Source: an uncultured Pseudobdellovibrionaceae bacterium
GTDB taxonomy: Bacteria; Pseudomonadota; Alphaproteobacteria; Micavibrionales; Micavibrionaceae
DNA: 64,000 nt
NCBI GenBank assembly: GCA_964384335.1
Contig: CAYLKN010000001.1
Location: 38,496 to 102,495 of the forward strand
Reading direction: 5' to 3'
Position numbers and translations under genes: made by a program. Of this stretch, positions 8,791 to 18,757 are shown in pieces; position 1 is the stretch's first letter; every line of letters begins with the position of its first letter. The notes beneath the pieces were generated by a model, which saw nothing but the letters and a program-made list of their open reading frames with translations, was not told the origin of the DNA and did not search any database.

Positions 8791-11157
8791 ATGACACATT
8801 TTTTTCCTGCATATTTCCGGCAATTTGCGCTCAGGGTCTTTGTAAACACCAGTGCGATGTTGATTCTCCTGCTTGGCTTGTTTTTCCTGGTTTCCCTGCT
8901 GTCCTACAATCACAAAGACCTTTCGCTGAATACGTTTTATGTAAGCGATGAGCAGGCTGAGCCCGTTTCACCCGGGAATTTTGCAGGTTTTACAGGGGCG
9001 GCTGTCTCTGATGTCGCGATGCAGGGGATAGGGCCAGCGGCCATAATCCCCGCATTTGTAATGGTCTTTTGGGGCATCACTGTTTTTCGCAAAAAAATTC
9101 TGCCGCACTGGAAACTGCGCCTAGCATTTCTTGTGATTTCCACACTGGCCGCTTCAATATCACTGGCGAGACTTCCTGTGTCCGGTTTTATGGAAGACTG
9201 GCTGGTGACTCCTTATGCGGGCGGTGTTGCCGGAACACTAATGCTCAATACTTTTGCCGGATTTTTCCAGGGTGCTCTAAGCGGGTGGGAATATACTGTT
9301 ATTGCGGTTTTAAGCGGCGTTGTATCACTGGTGAGTTTGTTTTTTGCAATACCTGTCAGAAAATCAATGCTTTCCGGACTGTCGTCGGCGATTGAAAAAT
9401 TTATAGATCTGATTCTCAAGGTATTTGATCACATCGTTTCCATGTTTAAACGTGTTTCTTCGGGCAGGAAGGCTTACCAAAAATCAGATCAGGACGCCGC
9501 AAAAGAACACAGTGAGTTAAAAACAAAGAAAGTCATTTCAGACATACCTGAACCTGAAAAATCAAAGGCTCAGGAATCCGGAAACAAAAGACAGAGGTCT
9601 TTGAAGCTTGAGCCGGGTTTTGACTGGGAGCTGCCGCCACCGGATCTGCTTCAGGAACCTCCGGCAGAGGTCAAAAAAGCCATGCCTGACGAAGACTCAT
9701 TCCGTAAAAATGCGTCTTTGCTGCAAAGTGTACTGGAAGATTTTAATGTTTTTGGCCAGATCGTAAAAATTCATCCCGGGCCGGTTGTTACGCTTTACGA
9801 ATTCGAGCCTGCACCGGGCACAAAAACATCCCGTGTTGTCAGTCTGAGTGATGATATCGCACGTTCCATGGCCGCCGTTTCCGTAAGGGTGGCCGTAATT
9901 CCGGGACGCAACGTGATAGGTATCGAGCTTCCGAATAAAACAAGGCTTACCGTATTTTTAAGAGAACTTATCGAAGCCAAAGATTACATTAAATCGACCG
10001 CAAAGCTGCCTCTCATCCTTGGCAAGGACATAGGCGGGCATCCTGTTGTTGCCGACCTTTCACGCATGCCGCATCTGCTTGTGGCAGGAACGACGGGGTC
10101 GGGAAAGTCAGTTGCAATCAATACAATGATTCTTTCTCTTCTTTACCGCATGCCCCCGGAAAAATGCCGTCTTTTGATGATTGACCCCAAAATGCTGGAG
10201 CTTTCCGTTTACGAAGATATACCGCATTTGCTTTCCCCGGTTGTAACCGATCCCGGGAAAGCGGTTGTGGCATTGAAATGGGTGGTACAGGAAATGGAAA
10301 ACCGCTACAGGTCCATGTCCAAACTGGGTGTGCGTAATATTGAGGGATATAACAACCGTCTCTGTGAAGCCAAAAGAAAAGGCGAAGTCCTGATGCGGAA
10401 GGTGCAGACCGGATTTGATCCGGATACAGGAAAACCAATATTCGAAGAACATCCGCTTGATCTTACAGAGCTTCCTTATATTGTTGTGGTGGTTGATGAA
10501 TTCGCCGATCTTATGCTTGTCGCCGGCAAGGACATTGAAAACGCCGTACAGCGCCTGGCCCAGATGGCCAGAGCCGCAGGCATTCACCTGATCATGGCAA
10601 CACAAAGGCCATCGGTCGATGTTATTACCGGTGTGGTTAAAGCCAATTTCCCGACCCGTATCAGCTTTCAGGTTACATCGAAAATAGACAGCCGTACGAT
10701 CCTTGGCGAGTCAGGGGCCGAACAGCTTTTGGGTATGGGGGACATGCTTCATATGGCCCCCGGTGGACGCATTAAGCGTGTTCACGGGCCGTTTGTCGAG
10801 GACGGGGAAGTCGAAAAAGTATCTTCGTTCCTGAAACAGCAGGGGGAACCTTCCTACCTTGATGATATTACGGAAGAAACGGGTGACTTTGGTGATAATG
10901 AAGTTCTGGCCGCGATGTTTGGAGGATCCAATTCCACGGGTAAAAGCGGCGGGGAATATGATGCACTTTATGATCAGGCAGTTGCAATTATCGCCAGGGA
11001 GCGTAAAGCGTCAACAAGCTTTATTCAGCGTCATTTACATATCGGTTATAACAGAGCCGCGCGGATAATCGAAAAAATGGAAAAAGAAGGTGTGATTTCT
11101 CATGCAAATCATGCAGGCAAGCGGGAAGTTTTAATTGGGGACTTTTCAGACGCCTGA
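8791..11157 (+). CDS. ftsK: DNA translocase FtsK
   Basis: 788 aa with N-terminal TM helices, a P/E/K-rich linker, a motor with Walker A GTTGSGKSVAINTMI and Walker B VVVVDEFADLM, and a C-terminal gamma winged-helix (ASTSFIQRHLHIGYNRAARIIEKME). Confidence 0.95.
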   Translation: MTHFFPAYFRQFALRVFVNTSAMLILLLGLFFLVSLLSYNHKDLSLNTFYVSDEQAEPVSPGNFAGFTGAAVSDVAMQGIGPAAIIPAFVMVFWGITVFRKKILPHWKLRLAFLVISTLAASISLARLPVSGFMEDWLVTPYAGGVAGTLMLNTFAGFFQGALSGWEYTVIAVLSGVVSLVSLFFAIPVRKSMLSGLSSAIEKFIDLILKVFDHIVSMFKRVSSGRKAYQKSDQDAAKEHSELKTKKVISDIPEPEKSKAQESGNKRQRSLKLEPGFDWELPPPDLLQEPPAEVKKAMPDEDSFRKNASLLQSVLEDFNVFGQIVKIHPGPVVTLYEFEPAPGTKTSRVVSLSDDIARSMAAVSVRVAVIPGRNVIGIELPNKTRLTVFLRELIEAKDYIKSTAKLPLILGKDIGGHPVVADLSRMPHLLVAGTTGSGKSVAINTMILSLLYRMPPEKCRLLMIDPKMLELSVYEDIPHLLSPVVTDPGKAVVALKWVVQEMENRYRSMSKLGVRNIEGYNNRLCEAKRKGEVLMRKVQTGFDPDTGKPIFEEHPLDLTELPYIVVVVDEFADLMLVAGKDIENAVQRLAQMARAAGIHLIMATQRPSVDVITGVVKANFPTRISFQVTSKIDSRTILGESGAEQLLGMGDMLHMAPGGRIKRVHGPFVEDGEVEKVSSFLKQQGEPSYLDDITEETGDFGDNEVLAAMFGGSNSTGKSGGEYDALYDQAVAIIARERKASTSFIQRHLHIGYNRAARIIEKMEKEGVISHANHAGKREVLIGDFSDA

Positions 11158-11199
11158 GAACACTCTATCTATTATCCGGTAAACGAGAGTTATTTTATT

Positions 11200-11880
11200 A
11201 TGATATCATCAAAATGTTTTAAAAGTATTTCTGTGCGCTATACTCCCGTGTTCCCAGGAATAGTCTTTATCGCGCTGCTGGTGTTTTGTATTTCCCTGAT
11301 CACACCTGGCAACCGCGTTGAAGCCTCCGCGCCCGGCGATACAGACTTTCTTGAAAAGGCGGAAAGCTATCTGAATGCCCTGCGAAAAGTACAGGCCCCG
11401 TTCATCATGATTACTCCGGAGGGTGGCAGTGTGACAGGCACTTTTTATCTTAAAAAGCCAGGAAAACTAAGGTTTGAGTATGACGATCCCATCAAAGATT
11501 TTATTGTTGCAGATGGAACCTTCATCTACTTTTACGATGCCGAGCTTGGATCCCAGTCCCACGCATTAATCGGGCAAACCCTTGCGGACTTTGTTGTAAG
11601 GGATAACATTGACTTGTCGGAAGATGTGAAAATCGTCGATGTAATCAATGAAAGTAATAAATCGTATATTATTCTGACACAGGAAGAGGATCCGGCGGCG
11701 GGGGCCCTCACACTCGAATTTTCAAAAGAGCCTTTTCGTCTTAAAAGCTGGGAAGTTCTGGATTCGGCAGGGAATATTACGAAGGTAAGGCTGGGCAGGA
11801 TAAGGACGGATGTTACCCTGGAAAACGATTTGTTTTACTACAGTGATCCGCAATCCGATCAGTTTCAGTATAATGAGTAA
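11200..11880 (+). CDS. lolA: Outer-membrane lipoprotein carrier protein LolA-like
   Basis: 226 aa with a signal peptide and a GTFYLKKPGKLRFEYDDP...VADGTFIYFYD pattern. It shows the conserved ftsK-lolA adjacency. Confidence 0.7.
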   Translation: MISSKCFKSISVRYTPVFPGIVFIALLVFCISLITPGNRVEASAPGDTDFLEKAESYLNALRKVQAPFIMITPEGGSVTGTFYLKKPGKLRFEYDDPIKDFIVADGTFIYFYDAELGSQSHALIGQTLADFVVRDNIDLSEDVKIVDVINESNKSYIILTQEEDPAAGALTLEFSKEPFRLKSWEVLDSAGNITKVRLGRIRTDVTLENDLFYYSDPQSDQFQYNE

Positions 11881-11913
11881 ATTATTTCTAAACGAGCCAG
11901 TTCCGAAAAAAGA

Positions 11914-12669
11914 ATGCGCTATCCCTACAAGTCAGAAGTCATAAGTGTTAATAAACTTTCAAATCAGTATGCAGTCCTGAAAATACAAAAACCTGAAAAC
12001 ACTGCGTTTTTATACGAGGCCGGGCAATATCTGCATCTGTGTATCGCCGGTTTCGAACCGCGCCCTTTTTCCATTGCAAACGGAAACACAAGCCGTTATC
12101 TGGAATTTCATATTGAAAATCGTTCGGGCGGTACGGGGGAATACGTCTTTGAAAAATTAAAACCGGGTGACATTATCGGCTTTGACGGACCCCATGGGAA
12201 TGCTGTCTACCGTAGCAATTGCGAACTGCCTGTAATCGGTATTGGCGGCGGTACAGGCATTGCGCCTCTGAAGGCTATTGTGGATGAATATATCGCAAAA
12301 TCCGGCGAACAGAGATTCAGCCTCTATCACGGTTCGGTTTATGATGACGGTTTGTACATGCACGATTACTTTCGAAAACTGGCCAGGGATAAGAATACAT
12401 TTGCATACAAAGGCGTATATGAGGAGCAAAGGGTAAAAGCAGATCCCGTCTGTGAGAATATGGTCAAAGGAAGAGTGGACCAGGCGGTTCTAAAAGATTG
12501 TCCTGATCTTTCAGGGTACAGGATCTATATTTTCGGATCGAAAGGGATGGTAAAGGGGATAGTCCAAATCTTTATGGCGCACGGAATGAACCCCGACTGT
12601 CTTCATACAGACTGTCCTTTAAATGAGCTTGAAACTGAGCTAAAGGTTCAGTCAAAATATGCCACATGA
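11914..12669 (+). CDS. FNR-family FAD/NAD(P)-binding oxidoreductase (Fre-like flavin reductase)
   Basis: 251 aa. RPFSIAN matches the RxYS FAD-binding motif and IGGGTGIAPL matches the NAD(P)H-binding motif. Confidence 0.7.
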   Translation: MRYPYKSEVISVNKLSNQYAVLKIQKPENTAFLYEAGQYLHLCIAGFEPRPFSIANGNTSRYLEFHIENRSGGTGEYVFEKLKPGDIIGFDGPHGNAVYRSNCELPVIGIGGGTGIAPLKAIVDEYIAKSGEQRFSLYHGSVYDDGLYMHDYFRKLARDKNTFAYKGVYEEQRVKADPVCENMVKGRVDQAVLKDCPDLSGYRIYIFGSKGMVKGIVQIFMAHGMNPDCLHTDCPLNELETELKVQSKYAT

Positions 12670-13253
12670 TTATCGACCGCTTTATTAAATCGCTTTCCGC
12701 ATTGCCGGGTCTGGGTTCACGTTCTGCGCGGCGTATCGCCATTCATCTTCTCACACACAAGGATGAGAAGATGCTCCCGTTAATCGCCATGATGAAGGAT
12801 GTGGCCGACAGGATAGAAAAATGTACGGTCTGCGGCAATCTTGATGCGTCCGACCCCTGTCATATTTGCGCAGATACAGGTAGAGACAGCACAACCCTTT
12901 GCGTTGTTGCCAATGTCTCGGACCTGTGGGCGATGGAGCGCACACGGGGATTTAAAGGGCATTACCATGTTCTTGGCGGCCTTTTGTCCGCCCTCGACGG
13001 GATAGGTCCGGACAAGCTTTCAATCGATAAACTGATCAGGCGTGTAGATGACAATAATTTTGAAGAGGTTATTCTGGCCTTGAATGCAACGGTTGATGGC
13101 CAATCCACGACCCATTACATCAGTGAATGCCTGGCCCATTATCCGGGGAAACTTACAAAACTGGCGCATGGCATGCCGATAGGCGGGGAACTGGATTATC
13201 TCGACGAAGGAACCATCACAACGGCCATGCGCGCCAGAGGCGTTATAACGTAA
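12666..13253 (+). CDS. recR: Recombination protein RecR
   Basis: 195 aa with a helix-hairpin-helix (LPGLGSRSARRIAIHLL), a C4 zinc finger (CTVCGNLDASDPCHIC) and a Toprim domain. Its start overlaps the upstream stop (ATGA). Confidence 0.92.
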   Translation: MIIDRFIKSLSALPGLGSRSARRIAIHLLTHKDEKMLPLIAMMKDVADRIEKCTVCGNLDASDPCHICADTGRDSTTLCVVANVSDLWAMERTRGFKGHYHVLGGLLSALDGIGPDKLSIDKLIRRVDDNNFEEVILALNATVDGQSTTHYISECLAHYPGKLTKLAHGMPIGGELDYLDEGTITTAMRARGVIT

Positions 13254-13265
13254 GCGGGTGGGTTC

Positions 13266-13601
13266 TTATTCTTTTTCAGAAATGTAAAGCGTGCAGTCCT
13301 GTTCGGCCCTGATAACGGCCAGACGTGTAAAATGGCCGGTCGATTTCTCGCCAATGGCAACATCGTAATATGTAAAACCGGGGAAATAATGATCCTGGTC
13401 AGTTGCCTCGATGCCATCGGTGCCAAATTTAATATAAACCGGCCCGGTGGCATAAAGACTGATTACTTTTGTTTCATCATCAAAAGGGGCCGTGTTCTGA
13501 ACTGAGTTTTGGGTAACGTTTATGGTGTGAGAGCCGCCTGTCTTAAAGCGCAGGGCAGGGATGGGATTATTATTGAAGTCGGTGGGAAGAGATGTCGGCA
13601 T
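13266..13601 (-). CDS. Hypothetical small soluble protein (111 aa)
   Basis: A strong RBS (AAGGAG, reverse complement of 13609-13614) lies 7 nt upstream of the ATG. The protein looks beta-rich and has no TM helix or signal peptide. I recognised no family. Confidence 0.6.
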   Translation of the reverse strand: MPTSLPTDFNNNPIPALRFKTGGSHTINVTQNSVQNTAPFDDETKVISLYATGPVYIKFGTDGIEATDQDHYFPGFTYYDVAIGEKSTGHFTRLAVIRAEQDCTLYISEKE

Positions 13602-13726
13602 TTTTTTCTCCTTGTATCTTTAAAAGAGTTGAATTGGTTTGGCACTGAAATCCATCAGTGTATAACAGACACAGTTGTAGGAATATATACCTAATTTACA
13701 GCGGAATTTTGTATATGTCAATTGGT

Positions 13727-14545
13727 TTAAACGGCGAAAAGATGATATTTTTTACGCCAGTGTTTTAAAACATAGATCCAGCAGGTAATTGATGCCCCCC
13801 ATCCTGTTGCCATGACTGGCAGGGCGAAAATTGAGGAAGTCACGGCAAAACTGCTTAAAACAACCATTAATGTAATGAGGAAGCCGTACAGTGCGAACTT
13901 ATCTCCCCGTTTAAAAGCGTAATGGATAAATGAAAGGAAAGATGGCAGCAGAGTTAGAATGATTATAAAGGTCAAGACTTTAATATCCGCAGGGGAAGAA
14001 TCATTTATGCGCCCGGTAATCATGTTTCCAGACTCCATAAGCGTCCTTATGCCGAATAAAGAAAGGGTGAATAAATATGCACCAATATAAAACTGAAAAA
14101 TCCTCTTTATGTTTTTTACAGAGCCCGAAAAACTGATTAGTAACCATAAATTGATTAACAGAAAAACGGCAAGTGCATAAGATGCTGAAAAATCAGCAGA
14201 ATTTAAAAACAACAGATATGAATAAAAACTGAAACCAAGGAAGGTTGCGCCGATGGATGTGGTAAGAGCCGGTGTCAGATGCACAAGATTTCTGGGCTGG
14301 ACGATTGCCTTTCTATCTCTTGAGGCCGCCCGTTCAAGCAGTCCCGGAAGTGTATAGAGCATTGCGGAAGACCTTGAAGGTGATCTCAACTCCGTCATTC
14401 CAGGAAAAAGCAGTTCCAGAAAACGCCATATCCCGATCAGTACAAGAAAGGGAATAGCCCCATACCAGACAAAACTGTCAGGTAACAGACCGGCAAAGCC
14501 TAAAATAACCAGGGTTGTTATACCAATATATCCGTAAATTATCAT
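13727..14545 (-). CDS. Hypothetical polytopic membrane protein (272 aa, about 8 TM helices)
   Basis: It shows continuous hydrophobic-segment periodicity. I recognised no family. Confidence 0.55.
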   Translation of the reverse strand: MIIYGYIGITTLVILGFAGLLPDSFVWYGAIPFLVLIGIWRFLELLFPGMTELRSPSRSSAMLYTLPGLLERAASRDRKAIVQPRNLVHLTPALTTSIGATFLGFSFYSYLLFLNSADFSASYALAVFLLINLWLLISFSGSVKNIKRIFQFYIGAYLFTLSLFGIRTLMESGNMITGRINDSSPADIKVLTFIIILTLLPSFLSFIHYAFKRGDKFALYGFLITLMVVLSSFAVTSSIFALPVMATGWGASITCWIYVLKHWRKKYHLFAV

Positions 14546-14664
14546 TGGCCAATTATAACTGTAAGATTATTATGTTTATACGCACTCTTCAGGGAGTTAC
14601 AAACCACTATTTTAATCTTAAGCAACATATGTGCCGTTAAAAATATTCTCATTTAAAGGGAATA

Positions 14665-16959
14665 TTATTTTGCGTATTCTTTTTTCTTTATGCCACGCGT
14701 TTTATTGTCATCATTGTAGACAAAAACTATTTCTCCGTCTTTGTAATCAACGGTGACAATTCCGCCGTTTGTCAACTTGCCGAAAAGCATTTCCTCGGCC
14801 AGCGGCTTCTTGATTTCCTTCTGTATGATACGTGAAAGCGGGCGTGCCCCCATTGCCGGGTCATAACCCTGTTCCGCGAGATGCTCTTTTGCGGCATGGG
14901 TAAGCTCGATAGTGACGTTGCGGTCTGAAAGTTGTGCTTCAAGCTGATAAATAAATTTTTCGACAACGCGGATGACGGTTTCACTGTTTAACGGTTTGAA
15001 CGGAATAATAGCATCCAGACGGTTTCGGAATTCAGGACTGAAAAGCTGGTTAATCGCTTCCGTGTCCTCGTCTGTTCTGGTTTCCCGTTCAAAGCCAATG
15101 GGCGCCTTGGCCATTTGCGCGGCACCGGCATTGGTCGTCATGATAAGAATTACGTTCCTGAAATCGATACTTTTACCGTTGTTATCCGTCAGTTTGCCGT
15201 AATCCATAATCTGGAGAAGGATATTGAAAAGATCCGGATGCGCCTTTTCAATCTCATCCATAAGGACGACGGAGTGCGGATTATGATCGACTTTGTCGGT
15301 AAGCAGTCCACCCTGTTCAAAGCCGACATAGCCGGGGGGAGTCCCGATAAGCCTGGAAACCGAATGGCGTTCCATATATTCGGACATATCAAAACGCATT
15401 AATTCGACACCCAGTGTTTTTGAAAGCTGCTTGGCGACCTCGGTTTTACCCACACCCGTCGGTCCGGAAAACAGATAACATCCTATTGGTTTTTCATGCT
15501 CCCTTAACCCGGCGCGTGCGAGTTTGATGGAATCGGCCAACGTCTCAATGGCTTCATCCTGGTCAAAGACCATGGTTTTAAGATCCCTCACAAGATTGCG
15601 CAGAACTTCTTTATCGTTCCGGGATACAGATTTAGTCGGTATTCTGGCCATTGCCGCAATGACGTTCTCGATGTCCTTAACATTGATCGTCTTTTTACGC
15701 TTTGAAGGCGGGAGCAAAGCCTGGGCGGCCCCGACCTCATCAATTATATCAATGGCTTTATCAGGAAGTTTGCGGTTGCCGATGTATTTCTGTGAAAGTT
15801 CAACGGCATTTTTAAGTGCATCCTGGGTATAGCGCACGCCGTGATATTTTTCGTAGTGCGGTTTAAGACCTTTCAGAATCTTAATGGTGTCTTCAACCGA
15901 AGGCTCATGAATATCAATTTTCTGAAAACGTCTGACAAGTGCGCGGTCCTTCTCAAAATAATTTCTGTATTCTTTATATGTCGTTGATCCAACACAACGC
16001 AGATTACCCGAAGCCAGAGACGGCTTAAGCAGGTTGGATGCATCCATGGCGCCACCGGATGTTGCCCCGGCCCCGATAATTGTATGAATTTCATCAATAA
16101 AAAGTATGGCTCCGTCAATATTCTCGATTTCGGAGAGAACGGCCTTGATCCTTTCCTCAAAATCACCGCGGTAACGCGTTCCGGCAAGAAGGGCACCCAT
16201 ATCCAGGGCAAATATCTGGGCATCATGCAGAACTTCGGGCACTTCCTTGTTAACGATTTTTTGGGCCAGTCCTTCGGCGATTGCCGTTTTGCCGACACCG
16301 GGATCACCGACATAAAGCGGGTTGTTTTTGGAACGGCGGCAAAGTATCTGGATTGTGCGCTGTACTTCCTTTTCCCGGCCGATAAGAGGATCAATTTTTC
16401 CGTTTCTGGCTTTTTCGTTAAGGTTATTACAGTAAGCGTCAAGCGTTTCCTGACCGGTTTTTATTGTTTTATCCTCTCCGTCCGTTTCAGTGCCGCGCGG
16501 TGTCTTCGTGGTGTCAGAAGCTTTTGGAACTTTGGCTATTCCGTGGGATATGTAATTTACAGCGTCGAACCGGGTCATATCCTGTTCCTGAAGGAAGTAT
16601 ACGGCGTGGCTTTCCCTCTCGGAAAAAAGAGCCACCAGGACATTCGCGCCTGTCACTTCATCCCGGCTGGATGACTGTACGTGTATTGCAGCACGTTGCA
16701 GAACGCGTTGAAAAGCGGTTGTTGGTTTGGCCTCGTCCACATTCGCATTTATAAGATAGGACAGCTCGTTATCAAGGTAATGGGAAAGCTGGTCTTTAAG
16801 ATCCTGTAAAGAGATACCGCAGGAACGAAGCACGGCCATGGCTTCCTGGTCGTCGGCAAGAGCAAAGAGCAAATGCTCAAGCGTGGCGTATTCATGGCTG
16901 CGCTCATTCGCGGCTGCCAGTGCTTTATGGAGTGTCTGTTCTAAATTTCTTGAAAGCAC
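14665..16959 (-). CDS. clpA: ATP-dependent Clp protease ATP-binding subunit ClpA
   Basis: 764 aa with an N-terminal Clp repeat domain and two AAA+ modules ([13 protein letters not shown] and [13 protein letters not shown]). It lies directly downstream of clpS. Confidence 0.95.
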   Translation of the reverse strand: MLSRNLEQTLHKALAAANERSHEYATLEHLLFALADDQEAMAVLRSCGISLQDLKDQLSHYLDNELSYLINANVDEAKPTTAFQRVLQRAAIHVQSSSRDEVTGANVLVALFSERESHAVYFLQEQDMTRFDAVNYISHGIAKVPKASDTTKTPRGTETDGEDKTIKTGQETLDAYCNNLNEKARNGKIDPLIGREKEVQRTIQILCRRSKNNPLYVGDPGVGKTAIAEGLAQKIVNKEVPEVLHDAQIFALDMGALLAGTRYRGDFEERIKAVLSEIENIDGAILFIDEIHTIIGAGATSGGAMDASNLLKPSLASGNLRCVGSTTYKEYRNYFEKDRALVRRFQKIDIHEPSVEDTIKILKGLKPHYEKYHGVRYTQDALKNAVELSQKYIGNRKLPDKAIDIIDEVGAAQALLPPSKRKKTINVKDIENVIAAMARIPTKSVSRNDKEVLRNLVRDLKTMVFDQDEAIETLADSIKLARAGLREHEKPIGCYLFSGPTGVGKTEVAKQLSKTLGVELMRFDMSEYMERHSVSRLIGTPPGYVGFEQGGLLTDKVDHNPHSVVLMDEIEKAHPDLFNILLQIMDYGKLTDNNGKSIDFRNVILIMTTNAGAAQMAKAPIGFERETRTDEDTEAINQLFSPEFRNRLDAIIPFKPLNSETVIRVVEKFIYQLEAQLSDRNVTIELTHAAKEHLAEQGYDPAMGARPLSRIIQKEIKKPLAEEMLFGKLTNGGIVTVDYKDGEIVFVYNDDNKTRGIKKKEYAK

Positions 16960-16965
16960 GTCTTG

Positions 16966-17415
16966 TTACTCCTTTTCCATCGTACACTGCAATGGCTGTT
17001 CGTTTGCCCTTGCGAAATCCATGACCCGCGTTACTTTCGTTTCCGCCACTTCATAGGTATAAATACCACAAACACCTACCCCGCGTCGATGTACGTGCAG
17101 CATTATATCAGTTGCTTCCTGTCTGTTTTTGTTAAAAAATCTCTCCAATACATGTACAACAAAATCCATCGATGTGTAGTCGTCGTTAAGCAACAGGACT
17201 TTATACATCGAAGGTTTTTTGGTCTTGGGCCGTGTTTTTAGAAGGACGGAAGAATGCTTTTCAGGAGTATCACCGTCATCCGGATCGTTATCCTGGTTCT
17301 TGGATGAATCAAACGGGATCAGGCCTTTGCCCGCGTAAGTATGCACTGATTTTCCAAAAAGCTCTGAATTGGTTGCTTTCAAGAGTTCCGACATAGAAAA
17401 AAATCTGTGCCCCAT
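16966..17415 (-). CDS. clpS: ATP-dependent Clp protease adaptor ClpS (with an N-terminal extension)
   Basis: The core reads [24 protein letters not shown]...[28 protein letters not shown], which is canonical ClpS. The start could also be the second ATG at 17394. Confidence 0.85.
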   Translation of the reverse strand: MGHRFFSMSELLKATNSELFGKSVHTYAGKGLIPFDSSKNQDNDPDDGDTPEKHSSVLLKTRPKTKKPSMYKVLLLNDDYTSMDFVVHVLERFFNKNRQEATDIMLHVHRRGVGVCGIYTYEVAETKVTRVMDFARANEQPLQCTMEKE

Positions 17416-17530
17416 TATTTTTCCGTTTTTTTATACAATCAAATTTAAGAAGATATATATACCAATATATCACATTTCGTTAAATATTTGACTACTATAC
17501 AAGGAATTTTGTGTTAGAAAAATTAATTTA

Positions 17531-17554
17531 AAGGCCGCCCTTAAAGGCGGCCTT
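17531..17554 (-). terminator. Rho-independent terminator candidate downstream of the phasin-domain gene
   Basis: It has a perfect 9-bp GC-rich stem (AAGGCCGCC / GGCGGCCTT) and a 6-nt loop. On the minus strand an A/T-rich tract with a short T run follows. Confidence 0.55.
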
Positions 17555-17595
17555 CTTATGATAAATCTGGATCTTAAACTGATAAAGTTAAAGAT

Positions 17596-18483
17596 TTAGG
17601 AAGCCAGGTTTGAAGTCTTTTTAATTGTTTTTGTGAAGTGAGTATTCATCGGCTCAAAACAATCGGAACACATTTTTACAGAAAGTTCTGAAAGCTTTGT
17701 GATACCGGACATCATGTCATCGAATGACTGATGGGCAATTGAATATTGTGCTTCAGAAAACTCATTAATGGTATTGCATTTCATTAAACTTTTTAAAGAG
17801 TTTGCATTTTTCTCTGCCGCATCCTGGCATATGTTTGTTAAGGTTTTAAGGTAATCCTCAACACCTTTCATCATCGTGCTGCCGGTTTGCATGATGGCTT
17901 CGGAGCCTTCCTTGAGATTAGACATGGATTCCTGGGAAATTTTGTCGAATTGTGTATTGTTGGCATTCATAATACTCTCCATTGTTTGAGTTGTGTTTTC
18001 GAAAGCTTTCGTGTCGAAAGCAGGTGAGGGCAGTCCAAAAAACTGTGAAGTGTTCCATACACTTTGATTTGCAGGCCTTGAGGACCCCGCTGATCTCGCT
18101 TTTGGAGCTGTTTTCGCTGCTGTTTGTACAGTTTTAGCTCTGGAGGGCCTGTTTTTTGAGCCCGCTGGTTTTTTCACCTTTCTGGAAGCTGCAGATTTCT
18201 GGCTTTTAGAAGGTGAGGCTTTCTTCGCAGCAGAGGAAGACTTTGTCTGAGTTTTACTCGTACCTGCGGAAGAGGATTTTGCTGATCCGGAAGTTGAGGG
18301 CCCGGAAGTTGTGGCCTTTGCGGGTTGGCTCGTGCCAGCTTGCGACTGAGGCGCATCTTGCTGCTTAGTGCTGACAACCTGCAATGTGTTTGCCTTGGCT
18401 GTACTGGTTCCGGGTTGACCAGTGTTTGATGGTTTCTGGTTGTTTTTGGCTTCTGAAGAAGGGCCTTGCGCTTTATCTGCCAT
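17596..18483 (-). CDS. Phasin-domain protein with a long basic S/A/K/P/T-rich N-terminal tail
   Basis: 295 aa. Roughly aa 1-140 are low-complexity and basic (…AKKASPSKSQKSAASRKVKKPAGSKNRPSRAKTVQTAAKTAPKARS…). The C-terminal ~150 aa are helical and phasin-like, comparable to the 152-aa phasin at 31208. Confidence 0.65.
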   Translation of the reverse strand: MADKAQGPSSEAKNNQKPSNTGQPGTSTAKANTLQVVSTKQQDAPQSQAGTSQPAKATTSGPSTSGSAKSSSAGTSKTQTKSSSAAKKASPSKSQKSAASRKVKKPAGSKNRPSRAKTVQTAAKTAPKARSAGSSRPANQSVWNTSQFFGLPSPAFDTKAFENTTQTMESIMNANNTQFDKISQESMSNLKEGSEAIMQTGSTMMKGVEDYLKTLTNICQDAAEKNANSLKSLMKCNTINEFSEAQYSIAHQSFDDMMSGITKLSELSVKMCSDCFEPMNTHFTKTIKKTSNLAS

Positions 18484-18757
18484 GATTTTTCCTTTTCTAG
18501 AATACGCTTAATTTTAATGTATTTTTAACATGATATTTTGCAATGCACAATAATATTTTGCTCACTTTATTCATTGCATTTATCAACTGGAGTAAGATAA
18601 CAAAAACCTGTGGAAACTTAAATATATTCTTAACCAATCGTAAGTAATATAATAGTTTTGAACAGTGGTGTTTAACATGAATAGACATAGTCATAAATTC
18701 GATTTATACTTTATGTGTGATAATGCATTGCTTTAATTCTAAAGGTTTTCAGCAAAT

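Noticed and set aside
18514-18529. A perfect CtrA-box-like motif, TTAA-N7-TTAAC, lies about 30 nt upstream of the phasin-tail gene.
   Set aside because: It is a single occurrence in a very AT-rich intergenic region where TTAA is frequent. It cannot be told apart from chance without comparative or ChIP data.
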